The notes under the pieces: generated by a model | Databases searched by the model: none | What the model saw: only the letters and a program-made list of their open reading frames with translations | Told to the model about the DNA's origin: nothing | NCBI GenBank assembly: GCA_963825105.1 | Contig: CAWGSB010000024.1 | Location: forward strand, 41,615 to 105,614 | Length of the DNA stretch: 64,000 nt | Direction of reading: 5' to 3' | From: an uncultured Alphaproteobacteria bacterium | GTDB taxonomy: Bacteria; Pseudomonadota; Alphaproteobacteria; Rhizobiales; Xanthobacteraceae | Program-made: the position numbers and the translations under genes | Part shown: piece by piece, positions 12,408-22,909 of the stretch | Numbering within the stretch: the stretch's first letter is position 1 | Layout: each line of letters opens with the position of its first letter

Positions 12408-12632
12408 ACCCTTGCACTGCGTTGGGGCCGAAGTTGTCTAGGGCTAGGTCACTCTACGTTAGAAGCCAGCGTTTGACTGCTGGACTATCATTTGGATTGA
12501 TGCAGCCTAGGCTAGACTTTCTTGTCCGAATTTGCCCAATTCTCTGTTATCACTATACCCAATTTTCGTTGCTGATGGCACCAACGCCCGCCTTCTGATA
12601 TCGATAACCGTGACAACGGAACAGATCTACCG

Positions 12633-13533
12633 ATGAATCCCTTCACCTCGCGCACGCCCTTTCGCGAAACCTGCTCGCCCTCGCCGCCGCCTCCTCCTCG
12701 CCCTCGCCTCGTCCCCGTCCCTCGCCGCCGACGAGGCCGACGCCCCCAAGGGCGCCGCGGTCACCGTGCTCACGGCGAAAAAATCCTGCTTCGGCGATAT
12801 CGTCGAGGTTTCGGGCATCGTGGTCGCGCGCGAGGAAACGTCGGTGCGCCCCGAGCGGCCGGGGCTGAAGGTCGCGGAAATCCTGGCCGAGGCCGGCGAC
12901 ACCGTCACCGCAGGGCAGGCGCTCGCCCGGCTGACGCCGCCCGAAGGCGGCGCGGTGACGGTGCAGGCGCCGGTGGCCGGGCTGATCTCGGCGTCTACGG
13001 CTCTGATCGGCGCGGTGGCGTCCGGCAAGGGCGAGGCGCTGTTCTCGATCATCGCGCGCAGCGAATTCGATCTGGTCGGCATGGTGCCGGTGCAGGACAT
13101 CCCTAAAATTTCGGTCAACCAGACCGCGCGGATCAAGATCATCGGCGCCGGCGAGGTCGACGGCAAGGTGCGCCGGATCGCGCCGACGGTCGAACCCAAC
13201 AGCCAGCTCGGCCAGGTTTTTATCGGTGTCACCACCAACCGGCGCCTGCTGGTGAATTCGTCCGGCCGCGCGCTGATCAAGACCGGGCAGAGCTGCAACA
13301 ACGTCTCGGTGCCGCTGACCGCGGTGCTCTACGGCCCGGCCGGCACCGTGGTGCAGGTGGTGCGGCGCGCCCGCATCGAGACCAAGCGGGTCGAGGTCGG
13401 GCTGATGTCGGGCGGCCAGATCGAAATCCGCGAGGGCCTGAACGAAGGCGACGTCGTGGTGGCGCGCGCCGGCGCGCTGCTGCGCGAGGGCGATCCGGTG
13501 CGGGCGGTGACGGCGGCGGCGGACGGGAAGTAA
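12633..13533 (+). CDS. RND periplasmic adaptor (MFP), paralog of 3035-3959
   Basis: CFGDIVEVSG, VQAPVAGLI, GLNEGDVVV; 5' frameshift. Confidence 0.8.
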
Positions 13534-13623
13534 ACCGGAGCAGCGCTCCGTGCGCTACTTCACCTCTCCCATGGGGAGAGGTGGCAGCGAGCGCATGCGA
13601 AAGCAGGCGGGAGTTCAATTTCC

Positions 13624-13720
13624 GTCATTCCGGGGCGTGCGGAGCACGAGCCCGGAATCCATAACCACGATCGGGAGTATGGATTCCGGGCTCGCGCCAA
13701 GAGGCGCGCCCCGGAATGAC
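13624..13720. repeat. REP-like element
   Basis: Same family as 10446-10542, between convergent genes. Confidence 0.85.
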
Positions 13721-13745
13721 AATGGATAGATGAGAGACAGCGGCC

Positions 13746-14618
13746 TTAGCTGCCGGCCTTTGCGGTCTCGGCGAAGCGGACGTCTTCGGACAGCGACGAC
13801 GACACGGTCGGCACCTGCGCGCCCTCGGAGGCCTTCGAGATCGCGACGCGGGTCTTGTTGAAGACGGCCTCGGCGCCTTCGGCCCTATTCACTTCCTGCG
13901 CATTGAGGTTGTTGAGCAGCTCGGAAACCAGCACGCTGTACTGGCCCTTGCCGTCGTCGGCGACCTTGCCCGGCGTGGCGGAGGTCAGGATCAGGGCGTT
14001 TTCCGGCGCGCTGATCGGCGCCAGTCCATGGGAGAAGGCGCGGAAGCGGCGCTCATAGGGGTTGCGCCTCGAGGCGTCGATGACGGCGAGCCTGGCGCGG
14101 GCGCCCTGCTCCTTCATCGCCTCCAGCACCGATTCAATGCTGACGCCGTTGCGGCGGACGTCGGATTCCTTCCAGATCGTGGCGTCGACCGGGATCATGT
14201 AGCTCTCGCGGCCGACCTGGATGCCGTAGCCGCCGAAGAACAGCATCACCACGGAATCCGGCTTGATCTTCGATTTCAGCCGGCCGATCGCCCGGTTCAT
14301 GTCGTCCCTGCTGGCGTCCTCCACCACGTCGACATCGAAACCGTTGTTGCGCAGCGCCGCGGTCAGGCCGCGCGCGTCGTTGATCGACTGGGTCAGGGGC
14401 GCGCTGGCATCGGGGTAATGACCGTTGCCGATCACCAGGGCGATCCGCGAAGCCTTGTTGGCCGCCTCCACGCTCTGCTCGGCGGCGACCGCGTTGGCGG
14501 CGTCCAGCGCCCGCTTGTTCAGCGCCGCGTGCGCGCCGATCGCCAGCGACACCATGCCGACAAGGGCTGCGGCAATGGCGGTCGAGCGGCGGGAGATGCG
14601 AAGCTGCGTTACATTCAT
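13746..14618 (-). CDS. Secreted caspase-family (C14) protein, catalytic dyad substituted
   Basis: RIALVIGNGHY; FGGYG and DASRRNP; hydrophobic leader; paralog of 521-1970 without TPR. Confidence 0.85.
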   Translation of the reverse strand: MNVTQLRISRRSTAIAAALVGMVSLAIGAHAALNKRALDAANAVAAEQSVEAANKASRIALVIGNGHYPDASAPLTQSINDARGLTAALRNNGFDVDVVEDASRDDMNRAIGRLKSKIKPDSVVMLFFGGYGIQVGRESYMIPVDATIWKESDVRRNGVSIESVLEAMKEQGARARLAVIDASRRNPYERRFRAFSHGLAPISAPENALILTSATPGKVADDGKGQYSVLVSELLNNLNAQEVNRAEGAEAVFNKTRVAISKASEGAQVPTVSSSLSEDVRFAETAKAGS

Positions 14619-15023
14619 CGCGGGTCGTTCCTGGTCATTGCCGACGGCGCGCAGATTAGTCGCGCCTGGGTCAATTAGGTTTGAGGGGGTGCCGGACGGT
14701 GTGACGTCCAATTGCGCTCAATTTGCGGCACCGCAACAAGGAAGGCTTTAGCCTGCCGGGGCGGACCCGGCAACCGCATTACGCCCTTGACCGATTTCTT
14801 TTGTTAATACAAATACTTAACACTGCACCCGGGTCCCGGTCACCGCAGCCCGGGGCCGGAAAAAGCGCCCGATGGCGCCGTGACGCCAGTCACATTTGTA
14901 ATTCCCGGGCTTTCGGATAGTTTTTTCAGGGATTTGCAGGTTTTCGGGAGGGGACGGCGGCCGCGGACCGCGGATCTGGGGCTGCCCGGGGACGTGCACG
15001 CCCGTCGCGCGGAAAGAAATTTC

Positions 15024-16880
15024 ATGAGTTTTCAGCATTTTGCCGGCGCCGCCTACCGCGCGCTGACGGCAGCCAAGGACGGCCCGTCGCTCTACGACGT
15101 CTGCGATCCCCTGCTCCTGAACGACGAAGGCTTCGACCCGCATCTGGGCAAATTCTATCGCACCGCGCTCGGCAATCCGGCGCTGCGCCCGCTGCTGCGC
15201 CGGACCGGGCTCTTCGAATTACGCGACGAGGCGCGCCTGCAATCGCTTCGCGACGCCTTGAGGCGGGCCCGCGACGAGGAGGCGCCGGACTGGGCCGCGA
15301 TCGGCGCCCCGGTGGCGGCGCTGCTGGATACGGTCGAGCTGCGGCATCCCAGGCCGAAGCCGGTGGCCTTCTCCGGCCGCGCCCCCGGCCTGGCCGAGAT
15401 CGAGCCGGTGATCCGCGCCTGCGGCGCGCATCTCGTGCGCTCGTTCCGCAAGAACGGTTTTATTCCGACCTATGCGGCCTTCAACCTGATCGGCGACCCC
15501 GACCTGCGCGGCCGCGAATTTTTGATGGCGCTCACCGGGCTGAATTCGCGCGGCTACAAGAATTCGACGTTGCTGTTCAACCTGGCGCGGGTCTTCATCG
15601 CCCGCTCGCCGGCGCGCGACCTCGTCAACCCGCCCTGGCGAGGGGTCGCCGAGCCGATGTGGGAGCCGGTGCAGATCCGCCACCGCTCCGCCTATTACGA
15701 CGCGTTCTTCACCGAGTCGCTCTTGAGTTTTGTCGAAACCGGGCTGGCCTCGTCCGGCGAGACCGCGGCGGCGCGCCGCGCCATTGCCGAGATGGTCGAG
15801 TTCTGCCTCGTCACCAGCCGGGAGGAAGTGCGCGCGCAGGACGGGAGCAGCTTCAACGTCATCACCGCGCTGGCGCCGCTGCCGCATCCGCGCTTTTCCC
15901 GCTTCTTCGCGCAGATCAAGCAGGATCTGGGCTTTGGCGTTTACGTGCCGGATTGCGACACCACCGCCTGTTCCTTCTCCGCGGCGACCCAGGCCGGCTC
16001 GACCGATCCGATCCTCGATCAGCCGCTGCTCGACTTCTACGCCGGCTACCAGGTCCGCGGCGGCGCCAACGAGCCCAAGGTGACGGTGCCGCTCAACGAC
16101 AACATCGACTACGAGGGCGGCGTCGTCACCTGGATCGACAATTTTGCGGGCGAGCGTCCCTTCGGCAACGATCTCGATCCGACGCTGAACCTCGATGTTC
16201 TCGAGGTGAGCTTCCGCAACCTGGCCCGCTGGAAAGTCCTCGAGACGCCGCAGCGGCTGGACACGGTTCATCGCATCGTCGGCTTCCAGAAGCGGCTCGC
16301 GGCAAGCGGCGCCTTCGCCGATCCGCGCTCGCATATCTATTATCTGCCGGAGCTTTATTGCGCCTATTTCGGCCGCTGCTACGCCGCCTTCCTCGCGCTG
16401 CCGCTGGCCGCGCAAGCCGCGATCGATCCCGACGGCGCGTTCGATTTCATCCGCGGCAGGGTGCTGGCCTATGTGCAGACCGAACTGATCGCGCGCGAGA
16501 TGAACGCGTTCGACGCGGCGCTGGCGCTGATCGCGCTCGGCCATCTCGGCGCGGATCCCAAAACCTTCGCGCCGGCCCTGCACTGCATCGTCGCCAGTCT
16601 CGGCGAAGGCGGCCGCCACGGGCCGTTCAGGGCCTATGAGTGGAACAAGATGAAGACCCCGACGCGCATCCTGGTCGGCGGCCCCGAGGTCACCTCGGCC
16701 TTCGTGCTGATGGGGCTCGCGCTGGCGCGGCGGGCGATGCTGCAGGGGGCGGCGCATGATCCGGCTGGCTCGATCTTCCGAAGTCGCTCACAGTGCGGGA
16801 TGACTTCGAGAGTCATCCCGCTCCCTGAATTCGCATCACGCCGATTTCGCTGCCCATCCGGGCTACGCTTCTCGCGTTAA
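15024..16880 (+). CDS. Class II terpene-cyclase-like protein (DxDTT motif)
   Basis: VPDCDTTAC, DLDPTLNLDVL, HIYYLPELYCAYFGR; the true stop may be near 16759. Confidence 0.55.
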   Translation: MSFQHFAGAAYRALTAAKDGPSLYDVCDPLLLNDEGFDPHLGKFYRTALGNPALRPLLRRTGLFELRDEARLQSLRDALRRARDEEAPDWAAIGAPVAALLDTVELRHPRPKPVAFSGRAPGLAEIEPVIRACGAHLVRSFRKNGFIPTYAAFNLIGDPDLRGREFLMALTGLNSRGYKNSTLLFNLARVFIARSPARDLVNPPWRGVAEPMWEPVQIRHRSAYYDAFFTESLLSFVETGLASSGETAAARRAIAEMVEFCLVTSREEVRAQDGSSFNVITALAPLPHPRFSRFFAQIKQDLGFGVYVPDCDTTACSFSAATQAGSTDPILDQPLLDFYAGYQVRGGANEPKVTVPLNDNIDYEGGVVTWIDNFAGERPFGNDLDPTLNLDVLEVSFRNLARWKVLETPQRLDTVHRIVGFQKRLAASGAFADPRSHIYYLPELYCAYFGRCYAAFLALPLAAQAAIDPDGAFDFIRGRVLAYVQTELIAREMNAFDAALALIALGHLGADPKTFAPALHCIVASLGEGGRHGPFRAYEWNKMKTPTRILVGGPEVTSAFVLMGLALARRAMLQGAAHDPAGSIFRSRSQCGMTSRVIPLPEFASRRFRCPSGLRFSR

Positions 16881-16982
16881 GTTGAAAGCGGGCACGATGC
16901 CGGGCGCTGGTGCCGCGGCCAAATCCGCACCACAATCCGGGGGTCTGGTGGCGTGATTCCATATTGAAGGCGGCCTTTTTGC

Positions 16983-17711
16983 ATGCGCATGAAATTCCTG
17001 CTGGCGATTGCATTGTTTTTCCTGCCCGCACTGGCCGAAGCCGCCGATATCACCGGTGTTCCGAAGATTCGCGAAGGCGATCACATCCAGATCGGCTCGG
17101 CCCGGATTCGTCTGGGCGGGATCGACGCGCCGTCGGTGGATCAGCTTTGCCTCAACAACACGGGCGAGCGCTGGACCTGCGGCGTCGCGGCGCGCGACGA
17201 ACTGATCAAGCATGCCGGCGGCAAGAGCTGGACCTGTCACAGGCGCCAGGCCGCGGACCGCCGCGGCCGGGTCGTGGCGCGATGCGAGGTCGACGGCGAG
17301 GACATCCAGAAATGGATGGTGAGGAGCGGCTGGGCGCTGGCCTATGTGCGGGTTTCCCATGACTACGACGCCGACGAGAAGGCCGCGCGCGAGGCCAAGG
17401 CCGGGATGTGGCAGGGCGCCTTCATCGCGCCGTGGGACTGGCGCGTCCGCAACAAGAAGACCGCCATTCTCGGCGCCGCCAAGCCGCCGCCGAACGCCCA
17501 CGCCATCCTGCTGGCGTCGGCCTCGGGATCGGTGGCGCCCTCGCCCGACTGCACCATCAAGGGCAATGTCAACCGTTCCGGCGAATGCATCTATCACAAG
17601 CCGACCAGCCGCTGGTACGCGCAGATCAAGATGAAGATCTCCAAGGGCACGCGCTGGTTCTGCTCGGTGGAAGAGGCCGAAGCCGCCGGCTGCCGCGAGA
17701 CCCGGCGATAG
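16983..17711 (+). CDS. Thermonuclease (SNase) family secreted protein with Cys-rich C-terminal domain
   Basis: IRLGGIDAP, DRRGRVVARC, AREAKAGMWQG, CTIKGNVN...WFCSVEEAEAAGCR. Confidence 0.88.
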   Translation: MRMKFLLAIALFFLPALAEAADITGVPKIREGDHIQIGSARIRLGGIDAPSVDQLCLNNTGERWTCGVAARDELIKHAGGKSWTCHRRQAADRRGRVVARCEVDGEDIQKWMVRSGWALAYVRVSHDYDADEKAAREAKAGMWQGAFIAPWDWRVRNKKTAILGAAKPPPNAHAILLASASGSVAPSPDCTIKGNVNRSGECIYHKPTSRWYAQIKMKISKGTRWFCSVEEAEAAGCRETRR

Positions 17712-17739
17712 CCGCTTTCCGTGCCCTGATGTTCCCTGG

Positions 17740-17838
17740 CCTCATGGTTCGAGACGCGCGGCGTTGCCGCGCTCCTCACCATGAGGACTTAGGACCTCAT
17801 CCTGAGGAGGCGCGAAAGCGCCGTCTCGAAGGATGAAG
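17740..17838. repeat. REP-like palindromic element
   Basis: CTCATGGT...ACCATGAG and CTCATCCT...AGGATGA paired arms. Confidence 0.65.
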
Positions 17839-17891
17839 CCCCCCAACTGGAAAATGCGCTAGTCTCCGCGATCCGAAACGCGGAGTGCGGC

Positions 17892-18731
17892 GTGCCTGAT
17901 ACCGGCAGCGTGCCATTGCAAGACCTGCATCATCATGCGCGGCTGGAGCGCGTGCTGCTGTTCGCGCTGGCCGTCGTCATCGCCTATGCCGCTGCTCGCC
18001 TATCTCGCGCTGCCGGCGCTGTGGACGCATTACGAGCACCAGAAGGGCCTCGCCAACCTGCCGATGGTGACGCGGACCGCGCAGGGCATTCCCGGCGATC
18101 CGATCAATGTCGGCCTGGTCGGCGACAACAGGGACGTGCTCTGCGCCATGCAGGCCGCCGGCTGGTTTCCCGCCGATCCCGTGACGCTGCGCTCTTCCAT
18201 CGAGATCGCCGGCAGCGTGCTGCTGGACCGCCCCTATCGCGATGCGCCGGTGAGCCCGCTGTTTTATCTCGACCGGCGCGAGGATCTCGCGTTCGAAAAG
18301 CCCGACGGCCGCAGCGCCGACCACCGCCATCATGTGCGCTTCTGGAAAGTGCTGGACCAGGGCCAGGAGCAGCGGCCGGTCTGGCTGGGAGCCGTGACCT
18401 ATCGACCGCAGCGTCGGCGTCAGCCACTATACCGGCGCCATCACCCACCATATCGGCGCGGACATCGACGCCGAACGAAAACTGCTCGCCGCCGACCTGG
18501 AAGCGGCGCGCATGGTGGACGCCAAATATCAGGTGACGGGCATCGGACCGACGATGGACGGGCGCAACGGCGGCGGCGATCTCTATTATACCGACGGCGA
18601 GGTGTGGATTCTGCGTCTGGTCACGGCGTGCCGGAAGCGGGAAGGCCCCGCCACCGTCATTCCGAGCCCGTCGGCGACCGAGATCAAGGATCAGATCTGG
18701 CGCGGGATCGCCAGATGCGCTGGGGAAATAG
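17892..18731 (+). CDS. LssY C-terminal-domain protein
   Basis: GDPINVGLVG, RHHVRFWK, YYTDGEV; frameshifted. Confidence 0.75.
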
Positions 18732-18746
18732 GCTGGCATAGCACCC

Positions 18747-18940
18747 GTCATTGCGAGGAGCGAAAGCGACGAAGCAATCCATGGTTCGTCATTCCGGGAT
18801 GGTGCGTCAGCACCAGACCCGGAATCTCGAGATTCCGGGTTCGATGCTCACGCATCGCCCCGGAATGACGGCACCCTCCATTGCTTCGCGGAGCCTGTCA
18901 TCGGGCGGCGCTTTGCGCCGACCCGGTGGCTCGCAATGAC
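18747..18940. repeat. Nested REP-like elements (18788-18869 inside a GTCATTGCGAG-type element)
   Basis: Outer GTCATTGCGAG/CTCGCAATGAC and inner GTCATTCCGGG/CCCGGAATGAC termini. Confidence 0.8.
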
Positions 18941-19030
18941 GGCTCCAATTGGATATCATGATGTTGTCGCTTGAATTTCCCGCCCTGCCGCTGCATCCCT
19001 TCCACATCGCAACAACAAGGAACAAGAAAA

Positions 19031-20218
19031 ATGGTCGTTCGCGCGGGCCGGGAATTCCTGGCGATCCCCGGGCCCACCACCATGCCCGACGAGGTGCTGC
19101 AGGCGATGCATCGTCCGGCGCTCGACATCTATTCCGACCAGATGGTCGATCTGACCGACGGCCTGTTGCGCGATCTCTCCAAATTGTTCGCCACCAAGGG
19201 CCGCTCCTACATCTACATCTCCAACGGCCACGGCGCGTGGGAAGCGGTGCTCTCCAACGTGCTGTCGCGCGGCGACAAGGTGCTGGTGCTGGAAAGCGGC
19301 CGCTTCGCCATCGGCTGGGGCAATGCGGCCGCCGCGATGGGCGCCGAGGTCGAGGTGCTGAAGGGCGACTGGCGCCGCGCGATCCGCCCCGCTGAGGTCG
19401 AAGCCCGCCTGCGGCAGGACAAGGACCACAAGATCAAGGCGATCCTCGCGGTGCAGGTCGATACCGCCTCCGGCGCCTACAACGACATCGAAGCCATCGG
19501 CAAGGCGATCAAGGCTAGCGGCCATCCGGCGCTGTTCATGGTCGACGCGGTGGCCTCGCTCGGCTGCATGCCGTTCGAGATGGATGCGTGGGGCATCGAC
19601 GTCGCGATGTCCGGCTCGCAGAAGGGCCTGATGACGCCTCCGGGCCTGGGCTTCGTCGCCGCCAACGACCGCGCCCGCGAGGTGCACAAGACCGCCGGGC
19701 TGCGGACGCCCTATTGGGACTGGACCGAGCGCGAAGGCAGCGAGCACTACCGCAAATATGCCGGCACCGCGCCGGTGCATCTGTTGTTCGCGCTGCGCCA
19801 GGCGATCGACATGCTGTTCGAGGAAAAACTCGAAAACGTGTTCCTGCGCCATCGCCTCTTGGCCGAGGCGGTGCGCCGCGCGGTCGCGGTCTGGGCCGAG
19901 GGCCAGGTGCTCGGCTTCAACATCGCCGAGGCAGCCGAACGCTCCAACACGGTCACGACAGTGGTGATGGGAGGCGGCCACGATCCGGTCGCGCTGCATC
20001 GATATTGCAAGGAGAAATGCGGCGTGGTGCTCGGCGTCGGGATCGGCGAACTGCAGGGCCAGGCGTTCCGGATCGCCCATATGGGGCATGTCAACGCCCC
20101 GATGATCCTGGGCACGCTCGGCGTCATCGAAGTCGGCCTCAACGCGCTCGATATCCCGCACGGCAAGGGCGGCACCGAGGCCGCGATCGACTGGCTCGGC
20201 GAAAGTGTGGGTGCCTGA
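19031..20218 (+). CDS. Class V PLP aminotransferase (serine/alanine-glyoxylate type)
   Basis: IPGPT, VDAVASLG, SGSQKGLMTPPG, FRIAHMG. Confidence 0.92.
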   Translation: MVVRAGREFLAIPGPTTMPDEVLQAMHRPALDIYSDQMVDLTDGLLRDLSKLFATKGRSYIYISNGHGAWEAVLSNVLSRGDKVLVLESGRFAIGWGNAAAAMGAEVEVLKGDWRRAIRPAEVEARLRQDKDHKIKAILAVQVDTASGAYNDIEAIGKAIKASGHPALFMVDAVASLGCMPFEMDAWGIDVAMSGSQKGLMTPPGLGFVAANDRAREVHKTAGLRTPYWDWTEREGSEHYRKYAGTAPVHLLFALRQAIDMLFEEKLENVFLRHRLLAEAVRRAVAVWAEGQVLGFNIAEAAERSNTVTTVVMGGGHDPVALHRYCKEKCGVVLGVGIGELQGQAFRIAHMGHVNAPMILGTLGVIEVGLNALDIPHGKGGTEAAIDWLGESVGA

Positions 20219-20252
20219 CTCATGGATGGCACGTTCCGCATACTCGATGCCA

Positions 20253-20430
20253 CCTCTCCCCTTGTGGGAGAGGCATAGGCCGCCTTCGGCGGCCGTCCTT
20301 AGCGAACGATACGCCGAAGCAAGGCTTCGGCTATGTCGCATCGCCAGATGCGATCCGGGTGCAGGGGTCAAGCTCAATCGATAGACCTGAACCCCTCGAC
20401 CGGCCAACCCTCTCCCACAAGGGGAGAGGG
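20253..20430. repeat. REP-like element (CCTCTCCCCTTGTGGGAGAGG type)
   Basis: Inverted arms at both ends; related pieces at 13563-13581 and 24675-24755. Confidence 0.7.
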
Positions 20431-20606
20431 AGCGCAGCCGCCACTGGCCGGGATATCGAGCCAAGGCTCCCATCCAGGCGGATCAGACTTTCGAGTACCA
20501 AACCTTTCCGGCGCCCCTTCATTCGTGCTTATATTGATCCAGCGATAAATAAGAGGCCGACAACGGCGCGGCGCCTCAAGCGCAAAGAGTACAGGGAGGG
20601 GTTCGA

Positions 20607-21668
20607 TTGGCGTCCGTTGAATTGCGCGGCCTGACCAAGCGATTTGGATCGCTTGCGGTCGTCGATAACGTCTCGCTGCGGATCGACCACGGGCAATTGG
20701 TCTGCCTGTTAGGTCCCTCCGGCTGCGGCAAGACCACGACCTTGCGGCTGATCGCGGGCTTCCTGGAACCCTCGGACGGCGAGATCCATGTCGGCGATCG
20801 CGTGGTGTCCTCTTCGCTGCGCACGTTGCCGCCCGAGAGCCGCAAGATGTCGATGATCTTCCAGAGCTACGCGCTGTGGCCGCATATGACGGTCACGGAA
20901 AACATCGTCTATGGCCTGCGCTTACGCAAACTCGACCGCGACACCATCGCGAAAAAACTCGCGGCGATCCTTGCGACGACAAAGCTGGAAATTCTCGCGC
21001 AGCGCTATCCCGGCGAATTGTCGGGCGGACAGCAGCAGCGGGTGGCGCTGGCGCGCGCCCTGATCGTCGAGCCGGAAACGCTGTTGCTCGACGAGCCCTT
21101 GTCCAACCTCGATGCCAACTTGCGCGAGGAGATGCGTTTCGAAATCCGCCGGCTGCACGACGAGTATCGCTACACCACGGTCTACGTCACCCACGACCAG
21201 TCCGAGGCCATGACCACCGCCGACCTGATCGCGGTGATGAACGGCGGCAAGATCGATCAGCTCGGGACGCCAGAGGATATCTACGACCGGCCGCAGTCGG
21301 AATTCGTCGCGCGCTTCATCGGCGCCAGCAACGTGATCAAGGGCACCGCCCGCGACGGCAATCACATCTCGTTTTCGGGCGCCACCCTGCAGGTGGTGGG
21401 CGCGAAACTCAACCCCGGCCAAAACGCCGTCGTCGCGATCCGCCAGCACGACATCCAGCTTTCGACGCAGGCGCCGCAAACCCCCGACAACGCGGTCAAG
21501 GCCACCGTGACGCGGCAGGTCTTTCTCGGCGCGAGCCGCGACTACATGGTCGAAACGTCCGACGGCACGACCTTGCGCGTCGTTACGTCGACGGAAAACG
21601 CCGTACCCAGGGGCACCGAGGTCTGGCTCACTCTGCCGCCCGAACGCTGCCGGGCGCTGAGCCGATAA
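20607..21668 (+). CDS. ABC transporter ATP-binding subunit (Fe3+/polyamine family)
   Basis: GPSGCGKTT, LSGGQQQR, LLDEP, TOBE domain; TTG start after RBS. Confidence 0.95.
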   Translation: MASVELRGLTKRFGSLAVVDNVSLRIDHGQLVCLLGPSGCGKTTTLRLIAGFLEPSDGEIHVGDRVVSSSLRTLPPESRKMSMIFQSYALWPHMTVTENIVYGLRLRKLDRDTIAKKLAAILATTKLEILAQRYPGELSGGQQQRVALARALIVEPETLLLDEPLSNLDANLREEMRFEIRRLHDEYRYTTVYVTHDQSEAMTTADLIAVMNGGKIDQLGTPEDIYDRPQSEFVARFIGASNVIKGTARDGNHISFSGATLQVVGAKLNPGQNAVVAIRQHDIQLSTQAPQTPDNAVKATVTRQVFLGASRDYMVETSDGTTLRVVTSTENAVPRGTEVWLTLPPERCRALSR

Positions 21669-21685
21669 CAGAGCAGGAGGACGCG

Positions 21686-22755
21686 ATGAGAGAGCCAAGA
21701 CTTTCCAGACGCGACATTACTGCAAAGGCTCGACCGCGCTGGCGCTGGGCACCGTGTTCGCCTCTCCCGCTCGCGCCGCGGCGCCGCCGGCCGAGGCGAT
21801 CACGCCGGACCTGATCGAAGCGGCGAAGAAGGAAGGCAAGATCGTCCTGTATTCCTCGATGGATCTTCCCGTCGGCGAGAAGCTCGGCAAGGCTTTCGAA
21901 GCGCAATATCCCGGCATCGCCGTGCAGATCGAGCGCTCCGGCTCCGAGCGGCTGTTCCAGCGGGTCGCCCAGGAATATGCCAGCAACATCCACGCCGCCG
22001 ACGTGATCAACAGCTCGGACGCCTCGCATTTCATTCCGTGGAAGAAGAGCGGCTGGCTGATGCCGTTCGTGTCGGAAGACATCGCCAAATATTTTCCTGA
22101 CCAGTATCGCGACCCCGACGGGATGTTCGCCACCTCCCGGATCTGGCTGTCGTCGATCGCCTACAACACCAAGCTGGTGAAGCCCGAAGACGCGCCGAAA
22201 AGTTTCGCCGACCTGCTCGATCCGAAATGGGCCGGCAAGATGGTCAAGGGTCATCCCGCCTATAGCGGCACCATCATGACCGCGACCTTCCAGATCGTCC
22301 GCGAGCTCGGCTGGGAGTATTTCGAGAAACTTTCGAAACAGCGGGTGATGCAGGTGCAGTCGTCGACCGATCCGCCGAAGAAACTTTCGCTCGGCGAGCG
22401 CGCGGTGATGGCCGACGGCAACGAGTACGGCGTCGTGCTGCTGAAGGAAGCCGGCCAGCCGGTCGAGCCGGTGTATCCGACCGAGGGCACGCCGACGATC
22501 TCGGGGCCGACCGGAATTTTCGCGACCGCGCCGCATCCCAACGCCGCAAAGCTGTTCCAGGCCTGGCTGCACACGCGCGAAACCCAGCAATTCTTCATCG
22601 ACTTCACCGCGCAATATTCGGTTCACGCGCAGGTGCAGTCGAAGCCGGGACGCCGCAAGATTTCCGACATCAAGCTGATGAAGGAAGATGCCGAAGGCGT
22701 CGAGAAAATGACGGACGAGATCAAGACGCGCTATGCACGGCTGTTTCGGGTGTAG
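21686..22755 (+). CDS. ABC substrate-binding protein with Tat-like signal
   Basis: LSRRD leader, AAKKEGKIVLYS, APHPNAAKLF; 5' frameshift. Confidence 0.88.
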
Positions 22756-22786
22756 GTCTTGCTTTGGCATCGCAATAACCGCCGTC

Positions 22787-22885
22787 GTCATTCCGGGATG
22801 CGCCCTCTTGGGCGCAGGCCCGGAATCCATACTCCCGATGGTGGTTATGGATTCCGGGCTCGCGCTACGCGCGCCCCGGAATGAC
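22787..22885. repeat. REP-like element inside the ABC operon
   Basis: Same family as 10446-10542, inverted. Confidence 0.85.
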
Positions 22886-22909
22886 GAACGGTTTTGGATT
22901 GGGAAATAC

